Origin: an uncultured beta proteobacterium
Lineage (GTDB): Bacteria > Pseudomonadota > Gammaproteobacteria > Burkholderiales > SG8-41
Reading direction: 5' to 3'
DNA length: 64,000 bases
NCBI GenBank assembly: GCA_963804885.1
Contig: CAWDSF010000017.1
Location: 241-64,240, forward strand
Shown here: one piece after another, positions 1-10,244 of the stretch
Position numbering within the stretch: position 1 is the first letter of the stretch
Layout: every line of letters begins with the position of its first letter
Translations under genes and position numbers: made by a program
Notes under the pieces: model-generated
Database searches by the model: none
What the model was told of the DNA's origin: nothing
What the model saw: the letters and a program-made list of their open reading frames with translations, nothing else

Positions 1-584
1 GTCGCATCCGACGCGACCACGAGCCAGCCGCGCTGCGTCATCACGCGCACCGACTGCAGTCCCGGCGTATGGCCGCCGATATGGTGCACGCTCAAGCCCG
101 GCGCGAGTTCCGCATCGCCGCAATGAAACGTCACGCGGTCGCCGAACACGAGCTTGACCATGCCGACGACGTCCTCGACTTCGATGCTGTGCCGGAACCG
201 CGTATGCCGCATCTGCCTGCCGGTCGCGAACGCCATCTCTGCGTCCTGCAAATGAAACTGGGCGCGCGGAAAATCGTGAAAAGTTCCAACGTGGTCGTAA
301 TGCATGTGCGTAATGATCACGTTTTCGACATCGGCCGCCTTAACGCCCATCAAAGCCAGGCCTTCCGCCGGCGAGCGCAGGAACGTGCGCTTGCGCGCTT
401 CGCCGACTTCGCGCGTAAAGCCGGTGTCGACGATGAAGGTCCGCGCGGCGCTGCGGATCAGCCAGACGAAGTAATCCATCGGCATCGGCGCGTCGTGCGG
501 GTCGCCGCCGATGAAGTGATCGTGGCGGAACGCGTTGCGCGTCGCGTATTTGATTGCATAAACTTCGTAGTTCGGATCTGCCAT
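1..584 (-). CDS. Metallo-beta-lactamase-fold hydrolase, N-acyl homoserine lactonase family (3' end outside window)
   Basis: Manual translation from ATG at 584: MADPNYEVYAIKYATR...YFVWLIR...IVDTGF...DVENVIITHMHYDHVG, with the HxHxDH zinc motif. Missing from the ORF track because it runs off the edge. Confidence 0.85.
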   Translation of the reverse strand, partial: MADPNYEVYAIKYATRNAFRHDHFIGGDPHDAPMPMDYFVWLIRSAARTFIVDTGFTREVGEARKRTFLRSPAEGLALMGVKAADVENVIITHMHYDHVGTFHDFPRAQFHLQDAEMAFATGRQMRHTRFRHSIEVEDVVGMVKLVFGDRVTFHCGDAELAPGLSVHHIGGHTPGLQSVRVMTQRGWLVVASDA

Positions 585-598
585 TGCGTTACCACCCG

Positions 599-2608
599 TT
601 AATTGTGCGACGCCGCCCCGGAGCGCGGCCCTTCAAACCGCTGGTCGATCGACAGCGCGACCATCCAGGCGTCGCGCAGGCACGACAGGAAATCACCCGG
701 CTGGTTGCAATCGCCCGCGAGCGCATACTCGAGACCCGCGGCCTGAATTGCGGCGACGGCGCCGCGCTCCGGCGCGGGCCCGGTCGCAATGACCAGGCAA
801 GCGCCGACGTCGATACGTTGCGTGGAACCCTCCTCCGTCCGGACGTCCAGGTCTGTGCCCGTAGCAGCGATGACTTTGCTGTCGAGCATGATGCGGACGC
901 CGCGTAATTTTAACCGATCCAGCAGTTCCATCCGGTTATTGCGCGCCATGCCGGGCGCGAGGCTGGACAGCGCCTCGATTAGGGTACAGCGCTTGCCCTG
1001 CTGCGAGAGCAGGTCGGCGGTCTCGATGCCGACCATGCCGCCGCCGATGATCGTAAACGACTGCACTCGCGCAACGCGCGCCGGTTCGCGCAGGATCTCC
1101 CACGCATGCAACACTTCGATCGAGGCGTCCAACGCCGCCACGTCGAACGGACACCCACGCGGCACGGCACCGGTGGCGACGATCACGAAGTCGGGCGCAT
1201 AAGTTTTCAAAGCCTGCGTATCGGCCGTCACTGACATCCGCACCGGCACACCGAGCGCCTCAACCTGCTGCCAGCGATACGTCCATACCGGCTCGACTTC
1301 GCGCTTGTCGGGCGCCGCCATCGCGAGCGGCATCTGGCCGCCGGCCACCGCGGCCTGCTCCCAGACCTCGACATGGTGACCGCGCGCCGCGGCCACGCGC
1401 GCTGCCTCGATGCCTGTCACGCCGGCGCCGAGCACCAGCACGCGGCGCGGATGGCGGGTACGGGTGGCGGGAAAGAGCTGCGGCTCCGCGTGCTCGAGCG
1501 TTTCGAATTCGGTGCCTATCATCGGGTTGTGCACGCACGCGACGTCCTGCTCGAGCGTCAGCCGCTCGAAACACACGTTGCACGCAATGCACGAGCGGAT
1601 CGGCGCTTTAACTTCGCCGAACGCCTTCAGGCACCAGTGCGGGTCCGCATACAGCGCGCGACCGACCGACACGAAATCCGTGCAGCCATCGCGCAGCAGC
1701 GCCTCGGCGTCTGCCGGATCGACGACGCGCCCGGCGACCAGAACCGGAATGCTCACCGCCTGCTTGATCGGCTTCGCATAAGGACCCAGGCAGCCCCGTG
1801 GGAACGACGGCGGCTGGATGCAGTACTTGGAGAGCTGCGGACTTTCGTTGCTGCCGCCCGACAAGTCGAGCGCCGCGACGCCCGCGCGCTCCAGCCGCCG
1901 CGCGAGTTCGACGATATCGGCTTCGCTATATCCGCCATCGACGAATTCGGACGCGCTCAAGCGAATCACGAGCGGAAAATTCGCCAGCGCCTCTTTGACG
2001 CGCGCTATGGTCTCGAGCAGGAAACGCGCGCGGTTGTCGAACGATCCGCCGTACTGATCGGTGCGCCGGTTAATGCGCGGCGCGAAAAACTGCTGAAACA
2101 GATAACCGTTGCCCGCGTGGATCTCGACGCCGTCGTAACCCGCCTGCTGCAGCCGACGCGCCGATGCGACGAACAGTTTTTGTATCTCCGCAATTTCCGG
2201 CACGGCCAGCGGCCGCACGTCGTCACCGGTGTTCGGGTTTTTCCACGGCGAAGGCCCGACCGGCTCCATGTTGAGCACCGAGCGCCGCAGCAACGCGCCG
2301 CGATGATTGAGCTGCGCGAACACGTGGCAATCGTGCGCGTGGATCGCGTCGACGATGCTCGCGAGACCGGGAATGAAGCGGTCGTGATAGCAGCACAGCG
2401 AATTGTGATGGGGGCGCGCCTGCGCGGTGACGACCATTGCCTCGGTCATGATCATCGCGACGCCGCCGCGCGCGCGCTCGGCGTAATACTGCTTGTCGCG
2501 CTCGGTGGACAGCCCGTCCGTCGTGCTGTAATTGGTGCCCATCGGCGCCATCACGACGCGGTTCTTCAGGCGCAATGTGCCGATGGCGCCGGGCTGTGCG
2601 AGCAACAT
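599..2608 (-). CDS. NADH:flavin oxidoreductase, two-domain Old Yellow Enzyme / 2,4-dienoyl-CoA reductase-like
   Basis: LKNRVVMAPM, EIHAGNGY, NRRTDQYGGS, Fe-S motif CIACNVC-x11-C, and two Rossmann motifs (VLGAGVTG, IIGGGMVG). Confidence 0.9.
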   Translation of the reverse strand: MLLAQPGAIGTLRLKNRVVMAPMGTNYSTTDGLSTERDKQYYAERARGGVAMIMTEAMVVTAQARPHHNSLCCYHDRFIPGLASIVDAIHAHDCHVFAQLNHRGALLRRSVLNMEPVGPSPWKNPNTGDDVRPLAVPEIAEIQKLFVASARRLQQAGYDGVEIHAGNGYLFQQFFAPRINRRTDQYGGSFDNRARFLLETIARVKEALANFPLVIRLSASEFVDGGYSEADIVELARRLERAGVAALDLSGGSNESPQLSKYCIQPPSFPRGCLGPYAKPIKQAVSIPVLVAGRVVDPADAEALLRDGCTDFVSVGRALYADPHWCLKAFGEVKAPIRSCIACNVCFERLTLEQDVACVHNPMIGTEFETLEHAEPQLFPATRTRHPRRVLVLGAGVTGIEAARVAAARGHHVEVWEQAAVAGGQMPLAMAAPDKREVEPVWTYRWQQVEALGVPVRMSVTADTQALKTYAPDFVIVATGAVPRGCPFDVAALDASIEVLHAWEILREPARVARVQSFTIIGGGMVGIETADLLSQQGKRCTLIEALSSLAPGMARNNRMELLDRLKLRGVRIMLDSKVIAATGTDLDVRTEEGSTQRIDVGACLVIATGPAPERGAVAAIQAAGLEYALAGDCNQPGDFLSCLRDAWMVALSIDQRFEGPRSGAASHN

Positions 2609-2699
2609 GCGGAAACAATCCAGTCGGCTGCGTGCCCGCGATGGCGGACGGCGGCAGGTAAAAGTTCAGATTAATACGATGGCGCCGCTCACGCGGCGA

Positions 2700-3688
2700 T
2701 CAGTCGATCGTCGCGCCGGTCGTCTTGACGACAGCCGCCCATTTCACGCGATCGTTTTTCACGGTCGCGCGAAACTGCTCGACCGTTTCGCTGCGCGGCG
2801 TGTTGCCGAGTTCGGCAAGCCGCTGGCGAATCGCGGGCGTTTCCAACGCCTTGCGCACGGCGGCGTTAATCGCATTCGCGATTTGCGGATCGAGTCCTTT
2901 CGGCCCGAACAAGCCGAACCACGTATAGCTCTCGAAACCCGGCAGGCCCGCTTCGGCGATCGTCGGTATCTCCGCCATCGCATTTACGCGGGCCTTCGTC
3001 GTGACGCCCAAGCAACCGCAGACGCCCCGCTTTCCAATGCGGAATAACGGTCTGCACCTGGTTCATGATGCAGCATGTGTCGCCTTTGATAACGCCTTGC
3101 AGCGCTTCGGGTCCACCTTGTACGGAACGTGCGGTCATGTCGAGCCCGGCCTTCGCGTTGAATTCGGCAAATGCGAGATGGGTACCGGTGCCGTTGCCGG
3201 TTGACGCGTAATTGTATTTACCCGGATTGGCCTTTGACTTTCTCGATGAATTCCTTGACGGTCTTCACATCGATGACCGCTGGATTGATGGTGAGCACGT
3301 TCGATACGTCGACGAGCGGCGCGATCGGCGTGAAGTCGGCCTCGACGTCGAACGGCAGGTTTTTATAGAGCGCCGCATTCACGCCGTGCGTCGCCGCCGT
3401 ACCGAGCAATATCGTGTAACCGTCCGGCCGCGCCTTGGCGACCGCTTCGGACGCAAGATTGCCGCCGGCGCCCGATCTGTATTCCGAGATGATGCGGGTA
3501 TTGAGCGTTTTCTCCATCGATTCCTGCAGCGTGCGGCCGACCACATCGACGCCGGAACCCGCAGGAAATCCCATGATCATGGTAATCGGCTTGGCCGGCC
3601 AATCCTGCGCGAGCGCGTGAGCCAGCGGCAAAGTCATTAATACAGCGGCGGCGAACAATCTGAAGCAATGGAGCGGCATCATGCGCAT
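2700..3688 (-). CDS. Bug/TctC tripartite tricarboxylate transporter substrate-binding protein (frameshifted, likely sequencing errors)
   Basis: Signal peptide, WPAKPITMIMGFPAGSGVD, GAGGNL...PDGYTILL, and C-terminal PTIAEAGLPGFESYTWFGL, spread across three frames. Confidence 0.88.
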
Positions 3689-3779
3689 GGGATTTTCAAT
3701 TCGTTCGCTGAAATAACGGTTAACGATGGGCAGGCAACTTTATAACCACCGCGTGGCCGGCGCAAGCCGCCAGAGCCGT

Positions 3780-4860
3780 CTAGCGCGTATCCGCGCCGAC
3801 CGCTGCGGCGACGCTCTTGAAGCCATCCGCATGCAGGCGCCCGGCAAGGTCGCGCTTGATCTGCGTTATCAACTCCGGCCCGTGATAGACGAGCGCCGAA
3901 TACAACTGCACGAGCGACGCGCCGGCGCGTATCTTGGCGTAGGCGTGCGCACCGCTCGCCACGCCGCCGCAGCCGATCAGCGGCAAGCGCCCGCCGACGC
4001 AGCGATACATTTCGGCGAGACACGCGTCGGCCTTGGCCAGCAGCGGCAACTCCCGACAGGCCGCCGGCCTCGTGCGCATGCGGGCTGCGCAGCGTCGCCG
4101 GCCGGTCAAGCGTCGTATTGCCGACGATCAGGCCGTCGATTTTCGTTTCGAGCGCGACTTCGGCTATATCGCGGATCGCCGCGTTATCGAGATCGGGACC
4201 CACCTTGACGAGCAGCGGCGGCGCCCGGCCGCCGCCGTCGCAGGCGCGCGTGCGTGCTTCCAGCACGCGCTCGATCACTTCCCGCATCTGGTCGCGCGCC
4301 TGCAGACTGCGCAGTCCCGGCGTGTTGGGAGACGACAGATTGCAGACAAGATAATCGGCCAGCCCGCAGGTTACTTCAACGCCTTTGGCATAATCCGCAG
4401 CAGCGTCGGTGGAATCGCGGTTCTTGCCGACATTGGCGCCGACCACCCCGCGCACTGAGCCGCGCTCGCGCCGCTCTTTGAGTCGCGCGGTAAATGCCGC
4501 AAGCCCTTTGCTGTTGAAGCCGAAGCGATTGATCACGGCCTGATCTTCCGTCAGGCGAAAGAGCCGCGGTCGTGGATTGCCCGGCTGCGACAGCGGCGTG
4601 ACGGTCCCGGCTTCGACAAAGCCAAAGCCCAGCGCGAGCATCGCATCGGCGACTTCGGCATCCTTGTCGAACCCCGCCGCGAGACCGAGCGGGTTGGCGA
4701 AATCGAGATCCCACACGTGCGTCGCGAGCACCGGATCGTCGTCAGCCGTCGCCGCGCCGGTGAAGCCGCGCTTCAACGCCCAGATCGTTGCGCCGTGCGC
4801 GGCCTCGGCATCGAGCAGATGCAGCAGTGGACGCAAGAGACGAAACGGAATGTTGGCCAT
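3780..4860 (-). CDS. pyrD: Quinone-dependent dihydroorotate dehydrogenase (class 2), one frameshift near 4050
   Basis: NPLGLAAGFDK, GTVTPLSQPGNPRPRLFRL, NLSSPNTPGLR; C-terminal AGASLVQLYSALVYHGP in ORF 3780..4109. Confidence 0.95.
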
Positions 4861-4998
4861 GAGTTCTGGTTGCCGCCGCGACGATTTACACTCGGCGGAA
4901 TTGAAAATCGACTCTGCTACAATTGGCGCAAACTCTACACGATGACGCCGCACCGGGCAATTGAACACCGACGTCACGAATCACCGCGAGGTCCCGCC

Positions 4999-5604
4999 AT
5001 GAAACGGCTCATCGTCGCCATCACCGGCGCATCCGGCGTCATCTACGGCATCCGCGCGCTCGAAGTATTGCGCGGCGTGCCCGGCCTCGAGTCGCACCTG
5101 ATTCTCACGCCGTCCGGTGCGCGCACGATCGTCGAGGAAACCGCTTACACCGTCGACAAGGTGCGCAAGCTCGCGCATCACGAATACAACTACAAGGATA
5201 TCGGCGCCGCGGTCTCGAGCGGCTCGTTCAAGACGGCCGGCATGCTGGTCGCGCCGTGCTCCGTCAAATCGTTGAGCGGCATCGCGAACTGCTACAACGA
5301 CGAGCTCGTCGTGCGCGCTGCCGACGTGTGCCTGAAGGAGCGCCGCCGCGTCGTGCTGCTCTTCCGCGAAACGCCGCTGCACGCCGGGCACATCGCGCTG
5401 ATGGACCAGGCGACGCGCAACGGCGCCATCGTGATGCCGCCGGTGCCGGCTTTTTACAGCCGGCCCAAAACCATCGACGAGCTCGTGATGCAGACGGTCG
5501 GCCGCGCGCTCGATCTGTTCGACATCGACGCCAAAGTGGTCAAGCGCTGGACGGAGTCGGCGCCGGCCGTCACTGCAGGCAAAAAGCGCCGCAGTATCAA
5601 ATAA
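4999..5604 (+). CDS. ubiX: Flavin prenyltransferase
   Basis: IVAITGASG, SSGSF, APCSVKSL, RAADVCLKERR, RETPLH, PPVPAFY. Confidence 0.95.
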   Translation: MKRLIVAITGASGVIYGIRALEVLRGVPGLESHLILTPSGARTIVEETAYTVDKVRKLAHHEYNYKDIGAAVSSGSFKTAGMLVAPCSVKSLSGIANCYNDELVVRAADVCLKERRRVVLLFRETPLHAGHIALMDQATRNGAIVMPPVPAFYSRPKTIDELVMQTVGRALDLFDIDAKVVKRWTESAPAVTAGKKRRSIK

Positions 5605-5611
5605 CGCGCGC

Positions 5612-6133
5612 ATGCCGAACACCGCCGCCGGCACCCGCGACTCCGCCTTCTGGCAATTTTCGCTCGCGTTCTACGCGCGGCCCGGCGTGGCCGATGCGTG
5701 CCTCGCGCTGCAGGACGACACCGGCGCCGATGTCAACGTGATGTTCTACGTGCTGTTTCTCGCCGGGCAACTGCGCCAGATCGATCGCGTCGACGCCGCG
5801 CATATCGATGCGTCGATCAAGGCATGGCGCGAAATAGCGGTGGTGCCGCTGCGCACGCTGCGGCGCCGCCTGAAAACCGGCATCGAGCCGATTGCCGTCG
5901 CCGATACCGAAGCGCTGCGCAGCGCGGTCAAGCGCATCGAACTCGACGCCGAACGCATAGAGCAGGAATGGCTGGAAACAAATGTCCCGGCGACAACGCT
6001 CGGCACGCCGGCAAAGTCGCCAGTCGCGGCAGCGCAGACGAATCTCGCCGCCTACGGCGCGCTGCTCGGCGATTTATCGCCAGCGCACGTCGCAACGCTG
6101 CTCGCGGCATTTACTCAACATGTGGGCGCATAG
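5612..6133 (+). CDS. TIGR02444 / DUF2390 family protein
   Basis: FWQFSLAFYARPGVADACLALQD..GADVN; WRE..VVPLRTLRR; ELDAERIEQ. Confidence 0.85.
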   Translation: MPNTAAGTRDSAFWQFSLAFYARPGVADACLALQDDTGADVNVMFYVLFLAGQLRQIDRVDAAHIDASIKAWREIAVVPLRTLRRRLKTGIEPIAVADTEALRSAVKRIELDAERIEQEWLETNVPATTLGTPAKSPVAAAQTNLAAYGALLGDLSPAHVATLLAAFTQHVGA

Positions 6134-6182
6134 GACGACGTTCCGAACGTGCGCACAACCGCGTCTGAATGGCTCTGCAAAC

Positions 6183-6211
6183 AAAAAGACCCCGCCGCAG
6201 CGGGGCCTTTC
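6183..6211 (-). terminator. Intrinsic terminator (possibly bidirectional) between convergent TIGR02444 and PEP-CTERM genes
   Basis: AAAAAGACCCCGC-CGCA-GCGGGGCCTTT hairpin; U-run follows on the minus strand. Confidence 0.7.
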
Positions 6212-6230
6212 TGAAAACTACCGAATTGAA

Positions 6231-7013
6231 TTAAGCGGTCTTCTGCTGCCGGCGACGGCCGACCCATCCAAGCAGCGCAAGTCCGGCCAGCATCATTGCG
6301 TAAGATTCAGGCTCGGGAACCGCCGGTGTCGAAACCAGATCCAGCGATGTTGTAATCGTGAGATTCGACTCGCTTGTATGGCGCTCGGCAAAAAAGAAGT
6401 CGAATGCGTAGTTGCCCGCGGCCTTGCCCGGACCAAACAGCGTATCGAGGTTCACGGACGCGGACGCCGAACCGTGCACGCCACCCAGGTCGATGCCCAG
6501 CTTCTTGTCGAAGAACACCCAGACATCGTCGTCACCGGAGAAATTGAACGTCTGGCCTGCGCCCGGCGTATAACCGAACGTCGCGGCGATCTGGTAAGTG
6601 AAGTGGTAGTTATGTGCACCAAAATTTCCCAGCAACAACCCGTCAATCGGGAAGAATGCGCCACTGGAATAGCTAAAAATGCCCGATCCCGCAAACGTTT
6701 CGGTCAGGGTAATGGAAAATGGAGTGCTGGGCGCCGCGGGACCATACCACTCCGCGAACGAAGCCGCTGACGTAATGAATCCCGGGGCCCCGAACGAAAT
6801 CGGAGTAGGCGCACTGCCGATAAGCGTCGTGCTGACCAACCCAGTAACCACGCCACCGATGCCGCTCTCGAAATCCGGATTGCTGCTGCCGGGGACCAAG
6901 GCTCCCGGCGTGAAATCACGCACGGTGCCGGTTAGTGTTGTGCTGGCGGCGAAGGCAGTGGACGCAAATAACGTCAATACGGCTACTACAACGAGTTCAT
7001 TAATATTTTTCAT
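6231..7013 (-). CDS. Fibro-slime (PA14-like) domain protein with PEP-CTERM sorting signal
   Basis: Signal peptide; HNYHFT...FNFSGDDDVWVF..KKLGIDLGGVH...FFFAERHT; C-terminal VPEPESYAMMLAGLALLGWVGRRR. Confidence 0.9.
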   Translation of the reverse strand: MKNINELVVVAVLTLFASTAFAASTTLTGTVRDFTPGALVPGSSNPDFESGIGGVVTGLVSTTLIGSAPTPISFGAPGFITSAASFAEWYGPAAPSTPFSITLTETFAGSGIFSYSSGAFFPIDGLLLGNFGAHNYHFTYQIAATFGYTPGAGQTFNFSGDDDVWVFFDKKLGIDLGGVHGSASASVNLDTLFGPGKAAGNYAFDFFFAERHTSESNLTITTSLDLVSTPAVPEPESYAMMLAGLALLGWVGRRRQQKTA

Positions 7014-7187
7014 CGCTTGTCTCCCTGAAAGCCTGCTGAAAGGCTAGTCAAGTATTCACCCAGCTAAAGAAGGGTGCAATAGCCTGTTCGGACTAATGTC
7101 GAGCAATTATCGATAGTCCAATGGCATACAAGGAAACGCAGGTGGGTCAATGCGCTTGCTGCAACCCGCAAGGACCGCGCAATAAAT

Positions 7188-7868
7188 CTAAGCGTTTTGC
7201 AGCACGCCGTCGACGAGACGCAAAATGCGGCTCGCGCGCGCGGCGATCAGGCTGTCATGGGTCGCGATGACGAGGCTCGTGTTGAATGCGCGGTTAAGCT
7301 CGAGCATCAGCTCGAACACGTCTTCCGCCGTTTGCCGGTCTAGGTTGCCGGTCGGCTCGTCGGCGAGCACGCAGGCAGGATTGGTAATCAAGGCCCGTGC
7401 AATCGCGACGCGCTGACGCTCGCCGCCCGAGAGTTCCGACGGCGCATGCTCGAGCCGGTGCCCTAGCCCCACTTTGCCGAGCATCTCGACGGCGCGCGCG
7501 TTGGCTTCTGCGACTGGCATGCGCCGGATGAGGAGCGGCATCGCCACGTTCTCGATCGCGGAAAATTCCGGCAGCAGATGGTGAAACTGGTAGACGAAAC
7601 CCAATTGCCGGTTGCGCAACTCGCCGCGCCCCGCCTCATCGAGCGCCTGGATATCGCGCCCGCCGATGACGACCTCGCCGCTGGTGGCGGCATCGAGGCC
7701 GCCCAATAAATGCAGCAGCGTGCTCTTGCCCGAGCCGGAGGCACCCACGATAGCGACGTGCTCGCCTTTCGCGACCGCCAGGTCGACGCCCAGCAGCACG
7801 GGCACTTCGACCTTGCCCTGCAGATAAATCTTGCGCAGATTGCGGCACGCGAGCGCAGCGTCACTCAT
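7188..7868 (-). CDS. lolD: Lipoprotein-releasing ABC transporter ATP-binding protein
   Basis: [49 protein letters not shown]; lies downstream of lolC/E. Confidence 0.95.
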   Translation of the reverse strand: MSDAALACRNLRKIYLQGKVEVPVLLGVDLAVAKGEHVAIVGASGSGKSTLLHLLGGLDAATSGEVVIGGRDIQALDEAGRGELRNRQLGFVYQFHHLLPEFSAIENVAMPLLIRRMPVAEANARAVEMLGKVGLGHRLEHAPSELSGGERQRVAIARALITNPACVLADEPTGNLDRQTAEDVFELMLELNRAFNTSLVIATHDSLIAARASRILRLVDGVLQNA

Positions 7869-9106
7869 AGCGCAAAGCCTCGGCCGGATTGATCTTAGCG
7901 GCGCGGTAGCTCGGGTAGATGGTCGCGAGCATGCTCACCACGAAGGAGAAAAACGCGGTCAGCAGCACGTCGGCCATGCGCAATTCGGAGGGCAGATCGC
8001 TGATCTGGTAGACATCTTTCGACAGGAACTTGAAGCCGAACAGGTTTTCGATGAACGGCACCACGACATCCACATTGACCGCAAGCGCGATGCCCCCGGC
8101 GATACCCGGCGAGCGTTCCCATGAGTCCGATCAGCGTGCCCTGAATCAGGAAAATTTTCATCACGCTGCCGGGGCTGGCCCCGAGCGTGCGCAGGATCGC
8201 GATGTCGGCCTGCTTGTCCTTGACCGCCATGAAGAGGCTGGAGACGATGTTGAACGCGGCGACCGCTATGATCAGGAACACAATCAGGAACATCATGCGC
8301 TTTTCGATATCGACCGCGCGGAAGAAGTTGGCGTTGAGCCGCGTCCAGTCGGTGATGTAGGCGTCGGGCCCGAGGCTTTGCGCGAGTTCGCGCGAGACGC
8401 GGGTAGCGTTGAATAGATCCTTGAGCTTCAACCGCACGCCGCTCACCTGCTCGCCCATGCGATACAGCGTTTGGGCGTCCTGCAAGTCGACCAGTCCCAG
8501 GCCCGAGTCGTACTCATAATGGTCGACCGAAAATATGCCGACGACCGTGAACTGGCGCAGGCGCGGCATGATGCCCGCGGGCGTCACCTGCCCCTGCGGC
8601 GCGATCAGCACAACTTTGTCGCCGACCGCGACACTCAGCGCGCGCGCGAGCTCGATGCCCAGGACGATACCGAATTCGCCCGCCTTCAACGCGCCCAGGC
8701 TGCCGGACGCCATATGCTTCGCCAGGTCGGCGACTTTTTCTTCGGCCTCGGGAATGATGCCGCGGATGTACGCGCCGCGCACTGTGCCGCCGCTCGACAA
8801 CAGGCCTTGCGCCGTCACGTACGGGGCTGCCGCCACCACCTCGGAGTTCTGACTTGCTTTGTCGGCGACCGCGCGCCAGTCGTGGAGCGAATTGGCCGGG
8901 CCCGAGATCTGGATATGCGAGGCGACGCTCAGGATGCGCGTGCGCACTTCGCGCTGAAATCCGTTCATCACTGACAGCACGGTGATCAACACCGTGATGC
9001 CGAGCGCGATACCGATCACGGAGACCAGCGAGATAAACGAGATGAAGCGGCTGCGCTGACGCGCGCGCGTATAGCGCAGGCCGATGAAAAGTTCGTAGGG
9101 TTGCAA
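7861..9106 (-). CDS. lolC: Lipoprotein-releasing ABC transporter permease LolC/E (frameshift near 8100)
   Basis: [10 protein letters not shown]...[33 protein letters not shown], and C-terminal PAEALRYE; TTG start at 9106. Confidence 0.92.
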
Positions 9107-9210
9107 ATGGGAGTCCGCGGTCGAGGCCGCAAGTGTGCCACATCGCGGCCGCGCTCGCACATACGCGCTGCAAGACGAATGCTAAACTGCAGCGCCAGGA
9201 TGAACTGCCT

Positions 9211-10237
9211 ATGCACTGCACGTTGCTGATTTCAGATCTGCTGCCGCCATCCGATCTGGGCGCGGGGCCGTTTGCGGATTTGCGCGTGCCGCATATAAGT
9301 ATGCTGCTGGCACGCGGTGAAACGGCGCGCCGTCCGCCGCTCGCCAGCGAAGATTGGTTGTGCGAGCAGTTTGGCGTGCCGACCCAACCCGACCGGCCGC
9401 TCGCTGCGCTCATGCTGCAAGCCGACGGCGGCGAACCGCTGCATTATTACTGGCTGTGTGCCGAACCCGTCCAGCTGCGCGTCGACCGCAATCGCCTGAT
9501 CGTCGCCGCGCGCGTCGCCGATTACACCGCGGCCGAAGCGAGCGAACTGGTCGCCGCGCTCAACCGTCATTTCAATGCCGACGGTCTCGAATTCATTGCG
9601 CCGACACCGTCGCGCTGGTACGCGCGCACGGCGCGGACGCCCGCCCTTACAACGACGCCGCTGACGCAGGCTTTGAACCGCAGCAGCAAGCACCACCTGC
9701 CGCAAGGCGCCGATGCGCTCGCGTGGCACGGGGTGATGAACGAAGCGCAGATGATATTGCACACTCACCCGGTGAACACCGAACGCGAGGCGCGCGGGAT
9801 CGCCAGCCGCCAACAGCATCTGGTTATGGGGCGGTGGCACGCTGCCCGCGATCACCCCGTCCGTCTTATACGACCGCTTGGGGCGGCGGGCCCATGTTGC
9901 GCGCGCTGGCGCTCGCGGCGGGCATCGCGCACCGCGATTTGCCTGCCAGCAGCGACGAATTGCTGTCGCAGCGGGAGGACAATCCCTGGCGGCGCTCGAT
10001 GCGCCCGCGGATGCGCTGCGCGAGGGCGATTTGGCAGGATGGCACGAGCGCGTGAGCGCCATCGATAAGGAGTGGGCACGACCATTGCTGGACGCACTGC
10101 GCGCGAAAACGCTCGAACGGCTGACCCTCGTCGCGTGCAATCACGACAGTCTGCTCGAAACGACAGTTACGCGCGCGAACCTGGGCAGATTCTGGCGACG
10201 GCCGCGACCACTGGCCAGCTACGTGGGCCCAGGGTGA
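9211..10237 (+). CDS. Phosphoglycerate mutase-like conserved protein upstream of recJ (frameshift near 9800)
   Basis: WLCAEPVQL, LNRHF, NEAQMILHTHPVN..REARG; position between lolC and recJ is typical of betaproteobacteria. Confidence 0.7.
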
Positions 10238-10244
10238 GAATTCG

